This document shows positions 1 through 8,240 of a DNA stretch of 63,807 nt, in pieces; within the stretch, counting starts at the first letter, position 1; every line of letters starts with the position of its first letter. Source of the stretch: a virus (taxonomy: Duplodnaviria; Caudoviricetes). Location of the stretch: positions 1-63,807 of IMG/VR virus record IMGVR_UViG_3300050138_000202, one strand, 5' to 3'. A program made the position numbers and the translations under genes. The notes beneath the pieces are model-generated. The model was not told where the DNA came from. It was given only the letters and a program-made list of their open reading frames with translations, and did no database searches.

Positions 1-72
1 TTGGTGTTACCGGCGTGAATGATGATTGCGCCCTTTGGAGCTGTGAATAGGTTGCCTCGAATGGTCGTGACG

Positions 73-1230
73 TTACCCACGCATCATCCTTTCCAGATCG
101 GACATTTCATAAGGATTGAATACAGCGTCTGGCGAACGAACGCGGTGTACGTTTTTAATATTGATACCAAGTTCCATGGCGATCCCTTCAACGAAAGAAT
201 CCTCATCGGGATGAGACACGATTTCGCCGTCTACGGTGTAGCGGTGCTCGTTTTCAACCAAATCCAGACAAGTGATTACGAGACTGCAGTCAGGGAGATA
301 CAGCCACGGCTCTTTGCTAATGCCGTATTTGAGAAGATCCAAGTCCAGCAGGGATTTCTTGAAGACTCCCTGATATGCATTCAAAACGTTGGTTTCTTTT
401 GGATTATTCTTAATATTGTGCGGAACGAACTCGTTGGTCATTGGTCCATTACCATGCCTGGTCTGGAAAGCCCTGGTGATCAAGAATGGGTGGAATTTAT
501 AAGTGCCAACCATTTCGCAGATGTTTCTGGTGCCTACATTTGATCGCGTTACGTGCGGAAAGAATCCGATGTTCTGATCTAGAAGCAGACCCTGAGATCC
601 CTCGAATATGAAATTTTTATAATCGGCGGTAGGCATCCACTTCACGAAGTGAAACGAGTGATACTGGCGCTCCATTATGAACGCGCAAGCTTCATAAAAA
701 CCTTCCATGTCTGGATCGAAATTTTTATAATAATCTTTCAGAAGCTTCATTTTTATACGAAAAATGGTGGGATGAAGAAGGTCGCCAACTTTTAACGAAT
801 ATCTGGCCTCCTCGCGCGCAAATGTAGCTCCAACACCAACGCCGCAGGTGCCGTGCTCCATTGCCTCAGAACTACGATTAGCGGCCTTCTCATAAGGCGT
901 CGTAATTGGGCAATTTTCGTCAACGTAAATTTTCGGAATGATTTTTTTAGCGAACAGGATGTTGTATTCGTTTACAAATCCAACAGGATCGAAAGAACAG
1001 AAGCGACTCCAATAAGTTGGAACTCCGTTAAGAGTGCCAGAACCAAAATTAGAAAATACATGTGATTTTCCTCCAGGTAGAGTGACCGTATGACCGGCCT
1101 GCTGGCCACCGCTATAGCGAATGACCAGTGGATCTTCAAGATTTTGACAAAGGGCATTCGTTGTGAGCCCTTTGCCTTCGTCTCCAAATCCGAGACCAAT
1201 TACTGCATGATAGTTATAATACTTCTTCAC
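73..1230 (-). CDS. Adenylosuccinate synthetase-like protein (divergent PurA family)
   Basis: Motifs GLGFGDEGKG, GGQQAGHT, FEGSQGLLLD, FPHVTRS, TRHGNGP. Start moved to GTG at 1230, overlapping the vWA stop. Lacks the TTGRxR aspartate loop and TKLD. Confidence 0.85.
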   Translation of the reverse strand: MKKYYNYHAVIGLGFGDEGKGLTTNALCQNLEDPLVIRYSGGQQAGHTVTLPGGKSHVFSNFGSGTLNGVPTYWSRFCSFDPVGFVNEYNILFAKKIIPKIYVDENCPITTPYEKAANRSSEAMEHGTCGVGVGATFAREEARYSLKVGDLLHPTIFRIKMKLLKDYYKNFDPDMEGFYEACAFIMERQYHSFHFVKWMPTADYKNFIFEGSQGLLLDQNIGFFPHVTRSNVGTRNICEMVGTYKFHPFLITRAFQTRHGNGPMTNEFVPHNIKNNPKETNVLNAYQGVFKKSLLDLDLLKYGISKEPWLYLPDCSLVITCLDLVENEHRYTVDGEIVSHPDEDSFVEGIAMELGINIKNVHRVRSPDAVFNPYEMSDLERMMRG

Positions 1231-2062
1231 TGGTTGTGCTTTCTGCCACACCAGTACTGGCCGTGGTCGTACCACTTGCCTTGTGCTTGAGTACGGTATC
1301 AGCGATTGCTTTGGCCACGTCTTCTGCACGATCAACAACGAGAAGGTTTTTGCCCATCAGTTGCTTCCATCCATCGATGGTCTGGTCGTCATTTCCACGG
1401 TGGTTTACATGGATATGATAAACGTCATACGTCTCGCGAGCCTTTTTCAGGAGCGACACAGCCGTATATTCTTCGTACTGTCCTTTTCCGCACAAATTTT
1501 TCAGCGTTTCTGCGGGATAGTCTTGAAGAGTGGGCTCGTCACCAATTGTGAACAAAAGTCCTTTGCGTCCACGTTTCTCGAAAGAGTCGGTTTTAGTGCG
1601 ATATCCAGCGAAAAAGTGCGCTAAACCATAGCTTTCGCCTTCGTTTCCACCGCCGCCGCCTTCGAGGAAAACGGTAGTGAGCCATTTTTCCAGCAATTCG
1701 TCGCCAGATTCAAATTGACCAACTTGTAGCGGAGCGCCATCGCACTCGTGATCGCCAACACCCAAGAAAAGAACTTGAGGGTCTTTTTCGCCGTTTTGGA
1801 TGACTTGATCCATGATGTGCGGCAAGCCCTTTTTCACGAGAAAGTTCGGAATAGAGCCCATTGAGCCAGTGAGGTCCAATGCGATAATTATCGGGAACGA
1901 ATTCGGATGTTCTGCGGAATCGCGCGACTCGCGAACCAATACATTGTATGGGCTCATGGCGTTATTGAGTGAACGCGACTTGAAAATCTCAGCGTTGCTC
2001 TTGCCAACAAGTTTCGTTGAACGCGCAACGCTATTGGTTACTGAATATGTCCCGCTGCCCAT
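1214..2062 (-). CDS. von Willebrand factor A (vWA) domain protein
   Basis: MIDAS-like IALDLTGSMG, GGGGGNEGESY and FTIGDE motifs; coupled to neighbours. Confidence 0.8.
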   Translation of the reverse strand: MGSGTYSVTNSVARSTKLVGKSNAEIFKSRSLNNAMSPYNVLVRESRDSAEHPNSFPIIIALDLTGSMGSIPNFLVKKGLPHIMDQVIQNGEKDPQVLFLGVGDHECDGAPLQVGQFESGDELLEKWLTTVFLEGGGGGNEGESYGLAHFFAGYRTKTDSFEKRGRKGLLFTIGDEPTLQDYPAETLKNLCGKGQYEEYTAVSLLKKARETYDVYHIHVNHRGNDDQTIDGWKQLMGKNLLVVDRAEDVAKAIADTVLKHKASGTTTASTGVAESTTSEEVL

Positions 2063-2421
2063 TAGAAAGCACCGCCGAACAGATACGCATAGCGCTTCTG
2101 TGCGATTTCAAGTTTGATTTCCAGGTTGCGGATTTTGAGGCCGAGTTCAATGTCTTTTGCGACATACTCTGCAGAGTTGAAATCTGACGCCAAAACTAGG
2201 CTGTCGGCGCTGGTCGGAGAAAGGTCAAGCAAGTTGCCTTGTTCCATCACGAAGCGTCGCAGTTGAACCTGCATGTCTTCGACTTGGCGCTTATACATAA
2301 GCTGCGTGTCGTCAGAAATGGTCGTTGCGCGATCTTCGCGAATTTTGGCGTTATTGCGCTTCAAGGAAGCGGCAAAAGCTCCAACTACTTTAGTGTCTGT
2401 GGTCGTTTCTGTGGATTTCAT
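2062..2421 (-). CDS. Hypothetical coiled-coil protein, first gene of vWA/PurA-like operon
   Basis: GAGGAG RBS before ATG at 2421; TAATG overlap with the vWA gene. Confidence 0.7.
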   Translation of the reverse strand: MKSTETTTDTKVVGAFAASLKRNNAKIREDRATTISDDTQLMYKRQVEDMQVQLRRFVMEQGNLLDLSPTSADSLVLASDFNSAEYVAKDIELGLKIRNLEIKLEIAQKRYAYLFGGAF

Positions 2422-2451
2422 TTGATCTCCTCGATCATGGGTTATTAGGAG

Positions 2452-2480
2452 ATCGTATATTAGAGGTAGGGGATTGTCAA
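2452..2480 (-). promoter_or_regulatory. sigma70-type promoter
   Basis: TTGACA-17 nt-TACGAT on the minus strand upstream of ATG 2421. Confidence 0.7.
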
Positions 2481-2566
2481 CAAAAATCTGCCACGTATGT
2501 CGGCTATGGTAGGCAAATACTGACGCCCAGAGTTGAAACATAGCGTCGCGCGAAAAACAAAAAAAA

Positions 2567-2637
2567 TGGCCCCTCCTACAGTTCGCTACTCTGTTCTACC
2601 ATCCATCACTGGCGGCGTGCGCTTACACTAAAGAGGG
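2567..2637 (-). ncRNA. tRNA-like RNA 1 (non-canonical cloverleaf, CCA end)
   Basis: 7-bp acceptor CCCTCTT/AGGAGGG, G discriminator, CCA then T-run; mini D-arm GTG-TAAG-CGC; T-arm ACAG-AGTAGCGAA-CTGT. Confidence 0.65.
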
Positions 2638-2644
2638 GCATAAA

Positions 2645-2746
2645 ACGGATAGACCAGTCGCTAATCTGGCTCGTTAGGTCGCGCTAACAGGTCTGCGGTG
2701 CCGCGCGCATTTGTATGGACACCAACCGCGTGCTCCAGAGATCCGT
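2645..2746 (-). ncRNA. Structured RNA related to the tRNA-like RNAs
   Basis: Closing stem ACGGAT/ATCCGT, internal hairpins, 3' arm CCAG-ATTAGCGA-CTGG resembling the AGTAGCGAA arm. Confidence 0.4.
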
Positions 2747-2839
2747 CTGGATATTCTCCAGCTGTACAACGAGATTTACTCGCAGATTAGTCTCACTACC
2801 GGCTTGAAGATCTCAGCTTCCACGCTTCTATCAAAAAAA

Positions 2840-2910
2840 TGGTCCCAATGGCAGTTCGCTACTCTGCTCACCCAGCTTTGTGGCCAAGTGCGCGCTTACG
2901 CTACAAAGGG
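2840..2910 (-). ncRNA. tRNA-like RNA 2 (non-canonical cloverleaf, CCA end)
   Basis: Acceptor CCCTTTG/CATTGGG (two mismatches), A, CCA, T-run; D-arm GCG-TAAG-CGC; 8-bp anticodon-like arm; T-arm GCAG-AGTAGCGAA-CTGC. Confidence 0.65.
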
Positions 2911-2912
2911 AC

Positions 2913-2986
2913 TGGTCCCGAATGATGGAGTTAAACCACCGACCTCCAGCCCTAACGGCTGGCGCTCTACACTGAGCTAATTCGGG
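2913..2986 (-). tRNA. Atypical tRNA, apparent anticodon TTA (ochre-suppressor-like or pseudo)
   Basis: CCCGAAT TA GCTC AGTGTA GAGC G CCAGC CGTTAGG GCTGG AGGTC GGTGG TTTAACT CCATC ATTCGGG A CCA: full cloverleaf, but G33, no D-loop GG and a non-consensus T-loop. Confidence 0.75.
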
Positions 2987-3274
2987 TCAAAAAAACATCG
3001 GCCTAGTGGCGTAGCTAAGGTGCCCCTGTAGGTACTCTACGCAGTCTACCATCGACCTGGACGCCGACTTAAAATGAGGGATTGGGCGAACAATGTATAA
3101 AAAGCAATCCCTAAATAACGCCCCGTATAAATTCCCGACAATAAACAAAGACCCTGCAAGCAGGACATATTTTTTGGGAATGACAAAACAGGTTCGACTC
3201 TACTGGGTGGTTGAGTCAGCCATGTAGTTATGCCCTCTCGCCTCACTAGCTCCAGCACTATGACAGGATTGCTA

Positions 3275-3847
3275 CTACAGCAACCCAACGGACTGAAGCA
3301 AATTAACATATTCAGTACTCAAAACGATTTTAGCACCAAGATTTTTCTGTGACAAATTGTCTTCGACTTCTTCTAGGTGTTTTCTAAGCTGTAATTCTTT
3401 TGATTTGAACGATTTAACGTCATCTTCTGTTGTTACCGGAAGTGCGAAAGTAACGGATGTTTCGCCATAACGCTCTGCGCCTTTTTCAAGTTGAAGCTTC
3501 TTAGATTGTGCCAAATCAGCAGCCTCTTTGTAATCCAGTACGTCAACTCCAGAATTTGATTTCTCAAGTTGGGCAGTTAGTTGTTCACGATAATTGATCA
3601 AATCATTTATGCCTACCGCACTGTTGGCGACAGCAATACTTTTGCGAATATAAAAACGAATCAGAATCAGAGATTCTTGGGCATCAACGTCCGCTAGATA
3701 TTTTCGTCGGGCTGCGGCAAGCGCATTATGACGCTCAGTTTCATCGGCCATTGCGCGAACTTTAACGGTAGGAGAAGGAGACATAGCGTTAACATATGCC
3801 AGAATTTTTGCTTCTAATTTTCGTGCCTTGCGTAAATTCAATTCCAT
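3275..3847 (-). CDS. Hypothetical helical protein upstream of the RNA cluster
   Basis: 190-aa ORF, GAGGAG RBS, own promoter. Confidence 0.75.
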   Translation of the reverse strand: MELNLRKARKLEAKILAYVNAMSPSPTVKVRAMADETERHNALAAARRKYLADVDAQESLILIRFYIRKSIAVANSAVGINDLINYREQLTAQLEKSNSGVDVLDYKEAADLAQSKKLQLEKGAERYGETSVTFALPVTTEDDVKSFKSKELQLRKHLEEVEDNLSQKNLGAKIVLSTEYVNLLQSVGLL

Positions 3848-3874
3848 AATAATCTCCTCAATCTCTGTACTCCT

Positions 3875-3902
3875 GTTATATCATGTAGAAAGGCATAGTC
3901 AA
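3875..3902 (-). promoter_or_regulatory. sigma70-type promoter (extended -10)
   Basis: TTGACT-16 nt-TATAAC with TG extension upstream of ATG 3847. Confidence 0.55.
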
Positions 3903-4357
3903 TATTTATTTTTCTTTTTCATGTTCTTTTCTGCAAGCAAATATTGCAGATTCCAAGGAACATGTAGACCAGACACGTTTTTACCATTTATGGGCACAAT
4001 GTGATCTACATGATATCCATCAGGGCGATTTTCATAAATAGCATCTACGGCCTTCTTTTGATCGTTAGTCAACCAATGAGGCGTAGCCTGTTTAAGGCGC
4101 TGATCGTATCGCCTACTTCTGGCCCTAGCTTTGCCAGGATTGTTAATGCGCCACTTTCTGTCGCTTATCCTTCTTTTTTCTTTCTTTTCCTTGTCGGAAA
4201 GCTTAAGTCTAGGTTTACGATTTTTAAGTAATTGATTTTTGCGCTTCTTTTTAGAGCAGTCTTTGCAACAAGACTGTTTTCCATCTTTTGAGGTCTTTCT
4301 TGTATAAAAATCATCTGTACTTTTTACAAGACGGCAATCTGAACACTGTTTTAGCAT
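3899..4357 (-). CDS. HNH homing endonuclease
   Basis: N-terminal CxxC...CKDC zinc finger; YHVDHIVPINGKNVSGLHVPWNLQ HNH motif. Confidence 0.9.
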   Translation of the reverse strand: MLKQCSDCRLVKSTDDFYTRKTSKDGKQSCCKDCSKKKRKNQLLKNRKPRLKLSDKEKKEKRRISDRKWRINNPGKARARSRRYDQRLKQATPHWLTNDQKKAVDAIYENRPDGYHVDHIVPINGKNVSGLHVPWNLQYLLAEKNMKKKNKY

Positions 4358-4438
4358 AAAAGCAAAAGCCCTTACTCTCGATTTACGGCTGTTACTCCCT
4401 TTCGGGCACCGCCGAGTACAGAGGTTTGGGCTATGCTA

Positions 4439-4660
4439 TCAGTTTAAAGGCCCAGATTCCTGGGCTTCTTTGGATTCAAGCAGCGCTTCAACTTCGTCCA
4501 GATGAGACGAAATTTCTGCAATCACTTTCTGCAAGTTAGCGGATTCTCTAGCGAGATCCGCAATATTTAGCGTCATTTCTATATGACGATCTTCTAACTG
4601 TGCTTTGGTTAAGGTGGAAACATCCACGCCGATGTGGTCGCACATTTGACACATATACAC
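4439..4660 (-). CDS. Hypothetical small coiled-coil protein
   Basis: AGGAG RBS, GTG start. Confidence 0.6.
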   Translation of the reverse strand: MYMCQMCDHIGVDVSTLTKAQLEDRHIEMTLNIADLARESANLQKVIAEISSHLDEVEALLESKEAQESGPLN

Positions 4661-4751
4661 TTCTCCTGGTTGGAGTTAATAATGTGTCAAGATAAAACAG
4701 CGACCTTGACTTGTTTAAACTATATCACGAACGATTTGAGGAATACAAGAA

Positions 4752-6311
4752 CTATTTTTTATTTTTTTCGGATTTTGACGTAAGACTTTTCAACATTTTT
4801 TCTTGATTGAAAGATTTCTGCAAAAGCATAGTCTGACCAATAACTTGGATCTCGCCTCTACTGAGTGTTGGCATACGAGATTTCATCCACGTCTCAAATT
4901 GCTCGCGCTTATTCCAAGCCATATATTCTGTCTCTGCGCGTTGGAGCATTTCGGACTTTTGGACCTTGGTGCCCTTGAGCGGTTTTTCAGGATGGCCAAG
5001 CATAGCTCCGCCGATTTTAGCGGCGTTGGGCTTGTAGGTGCCAGCGTCAATTTGACTTTGTAATTGCTTCACTTTGGCGTCTTTTGGAGCCAATTTAGGA
5101 TTCGAGGCGTCTTTACGCAAATCTTCGCTTTTGCCTACACTAATATGTGGGGCTAAAACCTGAACGCGCGAGTCTTTTGATCTGAGGGGTTTATTGATTC
5201 TCGATGCGCCAGGATCATTGCCCGACTGTGGGTCAACGCCAGACATACCGGCTTTTTTGAGATTTTTATCAAGCTCTTCTTTACCCAAAGCAGCGCCACC
5301 AGTCAAATTAGCGGGACCTGCGAGACCTGAGCCCGCAGTCATGGCCTTGCTCATTCTTGGATCGTAAAGCTTACTCGTAGCGGGAGTATGCACTCCAGCT
5401 ATAGCACCTTGGGGTTTCGGCGCTGCACTAGTTGGCGGTTTAACCACAGAAAGTGCGGGTTTCGCGGCGGGCGTCTTCGTTGGTGCAGGAGAGGGACTTG
5501 AAATTTTTGGAAGCTTGTTGCCACGGTCGTCTTTGACCGTTACGCCAGTTCCAGTTCTGTGTTGTGTAGCTTTTTTCATTTCTTCAGATGCCAAGAGACC
5601 TCCGGCAGAGGTAGGACCGACGCCGCTAAGTGCAGATGATGCCAGACCGGCACTCTGCCCACCGCCCATGTCTTTCTGGAACGGTTTAATCCCAAGCTTA
5701 GCGGCGTGCTTATTTGGGTCCTCTTTCTTCAATAAGTCCCATAACTTAGACTTGCTGTCTATATTGAGGACTTCGATTTCAACGGTTTCGGTCTTGAAAA
5801 GCTCATCAATCGCACTTTTCTTTGCGGTCGGCGTGGCCACAGAGACCATTTCAGCGACAGCAGCCTTATTACAAGGCAGGATTGTGATTGTAATTTTTCT
5901 AGCGATGGAGCGCGTGACCGTAATTCCCTCTTTGGAGATTTTGGAGCCTTCCACGGAAAAATTCATCATGTTGCGTTCGTTCTGGCGATCTGCGTCGTAG
6001 CGGAACTTTCCGGCCACTTCCCGCGCGGAGTCGGTGTAGTCATCGGTCAATTCGCCCATAACATATAGAAAGGGCACCTTGCATTTGTTCCAAAATTTGA
6101 GCTGGTGGTCGTCTTCGCAGTCGGCGTCCGAGAAAATCTTCCGTGCTTTCAATATCTTACCGACAACCTGAGACGGTTGGTCAGCCTTGTGCTCCCAGTT
6201 GAAAACGCCATCTTTGTCGAGGCTCGAAATGTCGAGACCGGCAATCGAAACGATTTCCCCAGAAGTATCAATATTTTCGGAAGCTCCAATGCCATGAATG
6301 TACGTGCTCAT
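4752..6311 (-). CDS. Prohead (capsid maturation) protease with long low-complexity C-terminal extension
   Basis: IHGIGASENIDTSGE, FNWEH (His) and FSVEG (Ser) motifs of HK97/Twort-type proteases; divergent from the capsid operon. Confidence 0.75.
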   Translation of the reverse strand: MSTYIHGIGASENIDTSGEIVSIAGLDISSLDKDGVFNWEHKADQPSQVVGKILKARKIFSDADCEDDHQLKFWNKCKVPFLYVMGELTDDYTDSAREVAGKFRYDADRQNERNMMNFSVEGSKISKEGITVTRSIARKITITILPCNKAAVAEMVSVATPTAKKSAIDELFKTETVEIEVLNIDSKSKLWDLLKKEDPNKHAAKLGIKPFQKDMGGGQSAGLASSALSGVGPTSAGGLLASEEMKKATQHRTGTGVTVKDDRGNKLPKISSPSPAPTKTPAAKPALSVVKPPTSAAPKPQGAIAGVHTPATSKLYDPRMSKAMTAGSGLAGPANLTGGAALGKEELDKNLKKAGMSGVDPQSGNDPGASRINKPLRSKDSRVQVLAPHISVGKSEDLRKDASNPKLAPKDAKVKQLQSQIDAGTYKPNAAKIGGAMLGHPEKPLKGTKVQKSEMLQRAETEYMAWNKREQFETWMKSRMPTLSRGEIQVIGQTMLLQKSFNQEKMLKSLTSKSEKNKK

Positions 6312-6333
6312 CTACTCTCCATATATCACGGTA

Positions 6334-6339
6334 AAGATT
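6334..6339 (-). promoter_or_regulatory. Putative late promoter AATCTT (protease)
   Basis: Same hexamer precedes most structural transcription units. Confidence 0.55.
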
Positions 6340-6455
6340 GCCCCATGTTGAATTTTGGCAAGTAAATCGATCTATTTACTCGCCATTGTAAAAAGGTTTT
6401 GGCAGCTTTTACACGATAAGTTGTTGATTTTACAAATATATTTTCAGAGCGTTAT

Positions 6456-6461
6456 AATCTT
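6456..6461 (+). promoter_or_regulatory. Putative late promoter AATCTT (capsid operon)
   Basis: Recurs at 10420, 12313, 18569, 25103, 25852, 29995, 30593, 31058, 38218 and 52295. Confidence 0.55.
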
Positions 6462-6529
6462 CCTGAAGTTACACGTACTTACACCTGACACTAAAAGCAG
6501 GTTGTGTAAAACGAAAAATAGGAGAAAAT

Positions 6530-7009
6530 ATGTATTCAAACGCAAAAGCAATTCGCCTGGTTCAAGACATTGTCGACCTTCTGAACGCTCGCCTGAAAGG
6601 CCAAACCGCCGCTCACGCACTTAACACCATTTCCCAAGGTTTCACCGTTGACGCTAATGGCGCATCGTGGCCCTATGCATTAATTTCAAATGCTACTGAT
6701 GGAACTGCCGCAGACGCACCCGTCGTATACATCCAAGTTTCCAACGTTGACATGGTTTCGAAAGACATTTTCGGCAACCAAACGTATGCTTACGCACCCC
6801 ACATTTTACAACTTGGCTATGATCCTGCTGCAACCAATGCAGTAGCTCTCGCTGACCTTTTGACCTGCGAATTCGAATCCATTAAATCTGGTGTTCGTTT
6901 GCAAGTTAAAACCGTTACGGCTCACGCACAAGTTAACGCAGCAAACGTAAACGCAGCAGCACCTGCAGCTGATTTGGATCAATTATACTGGCCTACTAAG
7001 CTCGTCTAA
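6530..7009 (+). CDS. Putative virion/head protein
   Basis: AGGAG RBS, codon style like the capsid gene, first gene of the capsid operon. Confidence 0.65.
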   Translation: MYSNAKAIRLVQDIVDLLNARLKGQTAAHALNTISQGFTVDANGASWPYALISNATDGTAADAPVVYIQVSNVDMVSKDIFGNQTYAYAPHILQLGYDPAATNAVALADLLTCEFESIKSGVRLQVKTVTAHAQVNAANVNAAAPAADLDQLYWPTKLV

Positions 7010-7041
7010 TTCCAAACAATTCAGACACTTAGGAGAACATT

Positions 7042-8217
7042 ATGCAGTTTACAGGAAATTTAGCAGATTTGATCGCCACAGTCGAGAAGGAATTCTCTGC
7101 TGAAATGGCTAAGTCAGAAAATGCCAGTTCCGCTGCATCTTTGAAAAAGGCTGAGGACGAAAAGAAGGACAAAAAACCTTCCGACTCGAAACCTGCCGAA
7201 GGCAAAGATAAAGCTCCTGCCGCAGAAGCTAAACCATCAGAAGAAGGCGCTCCCGAAGCACCTGCAGCTGAAGGCGATGCTCCCGCTCCCGCAATGGAAG
7301 GCGCTCCTGCACCCGCAGCTGCAGCACCTCCTGGCGCAGATCCAGCAATGGCAGCAGGTCAAGGCTCTGGTTACGACGAAGAAGATATGGAACACATGCG
7401 TCAAATGTACGCATCTATGTCACAAGAAGAGTTGATGGCTCACCACGACGCAATTCGTGACGCGCTTGACGCTTGTTCCGCAGCACCAGCCCCTGGTGCA
7501 GCAGCTCCCGCTCCTGGCGCACCTGCACCTGGCGCACCCGCTCCTGGACAAGATCCAATGATGGGTAAATCGGAAGGCAATAAAAAGGGACATTCTGAGC
7601 TTTCGCAAGAAAATCCAGAATTGAATTCGAAGCCAAAAGCCGGTGGACAGGATATGAACAACGATCCTAAAAACGGTGGTATCGAAGCCGCTCCTCCTGG
7701 CAATCCAGTCGGCGCGCGGTCAGAAGCAAGTAAAGATTCAAAAAATCTTCACGACGCAATGACCAAAACTGAACGTGAACGAAGAAATGGCGGGAAGATC
7801 GAAGCTTCTCCTGTTCGTAACTCTCCTGGAGCAAAATCTCCAGCTAGTAAAGCAGAAGGAAATCAAATGGAAAAATCTGAAAACATCGGAAACGATCTTC
7901 AAAAATCGCTCGAAGCATCAGAGGCTAAAAACGCCGAACTGAAAAAGAGCCTAGATACCGTACAAGAATTCTTGACCAAATTGGTCACGAAAGTCTCTGC
8001 CCCAAAAGGCAAAGCAGTAACTGAAATCGCATCACTCGCTAAAAACGAAGACGGCGGAACCTCAGTTGACACAAACTCTATGTCGAAGTCTGAGATTACT
8101 CAGCGCCTTCTGCAGAAAAGTTCAGACCCACGCACATCTGCACAAGACAGAGCGGCTATCAACGCCTACTACCTGTCAAATGCGAATGTTAACACTATTA
8201 GCCACCTGCTAAAATAA
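7042..8217 (+). CDS. Putative capsid scaffolding protein
   Basis: Directly upstream of MCP; Pro/Ala low complexity plus coiled coil; many hydrophobic-x-K-S/A-E motifs. Confidence 0.7.
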   Translation: MQFTGNLADLIATVEKEFSAEMAKSENASSAASLKKAEDEKKDKKPSDSKPAEGKDKAPAAEAKPSEEGAPEAPAAEGDAPAPAMEGAPAPAAAAPPGADPAMAAGQGSGYDEEDMEHMRQMYASMSQEELMAHHDAIRDALDACSAAPAPGAAAPAPGAPAPGAPAPGQDPMMGKSEGNKKGHSELSQENPELNSKPKAGGQDMNNDPKNGGIEAAPPGNPVGARSEASKDSKNLHDAMTKTERERRNGGKIEASPVRNSPGAKSPASKAEGNQMEKSENIGNDLQKSLEASEAKNAELKKSLDTVQEFLTKLVTKVSAPKGKAVTEIASLAKNEDGGTSVDTNSMSKSEITQRLLQKSSDPRTSAQDRAAINAYYLSNANVNTISHLLK

Positions 8218-8240
8218 GCAGTTTTTAAAGGAGATATCCC

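Noticed and set aside
73-1230. PurZ / Z-genome call
   Set aside because: The motif is GDEGKG (Asp), not the PurZ Ser form, and no datZ or dpoZ is seen in the window.
2913-2986. Genome-wide TAA recoding implied by the TTA-anticodon tRNA
   Set aside because: Many well-defined genes end in TAA, often with TAATG coupling, and ORFs are full length in code 11.
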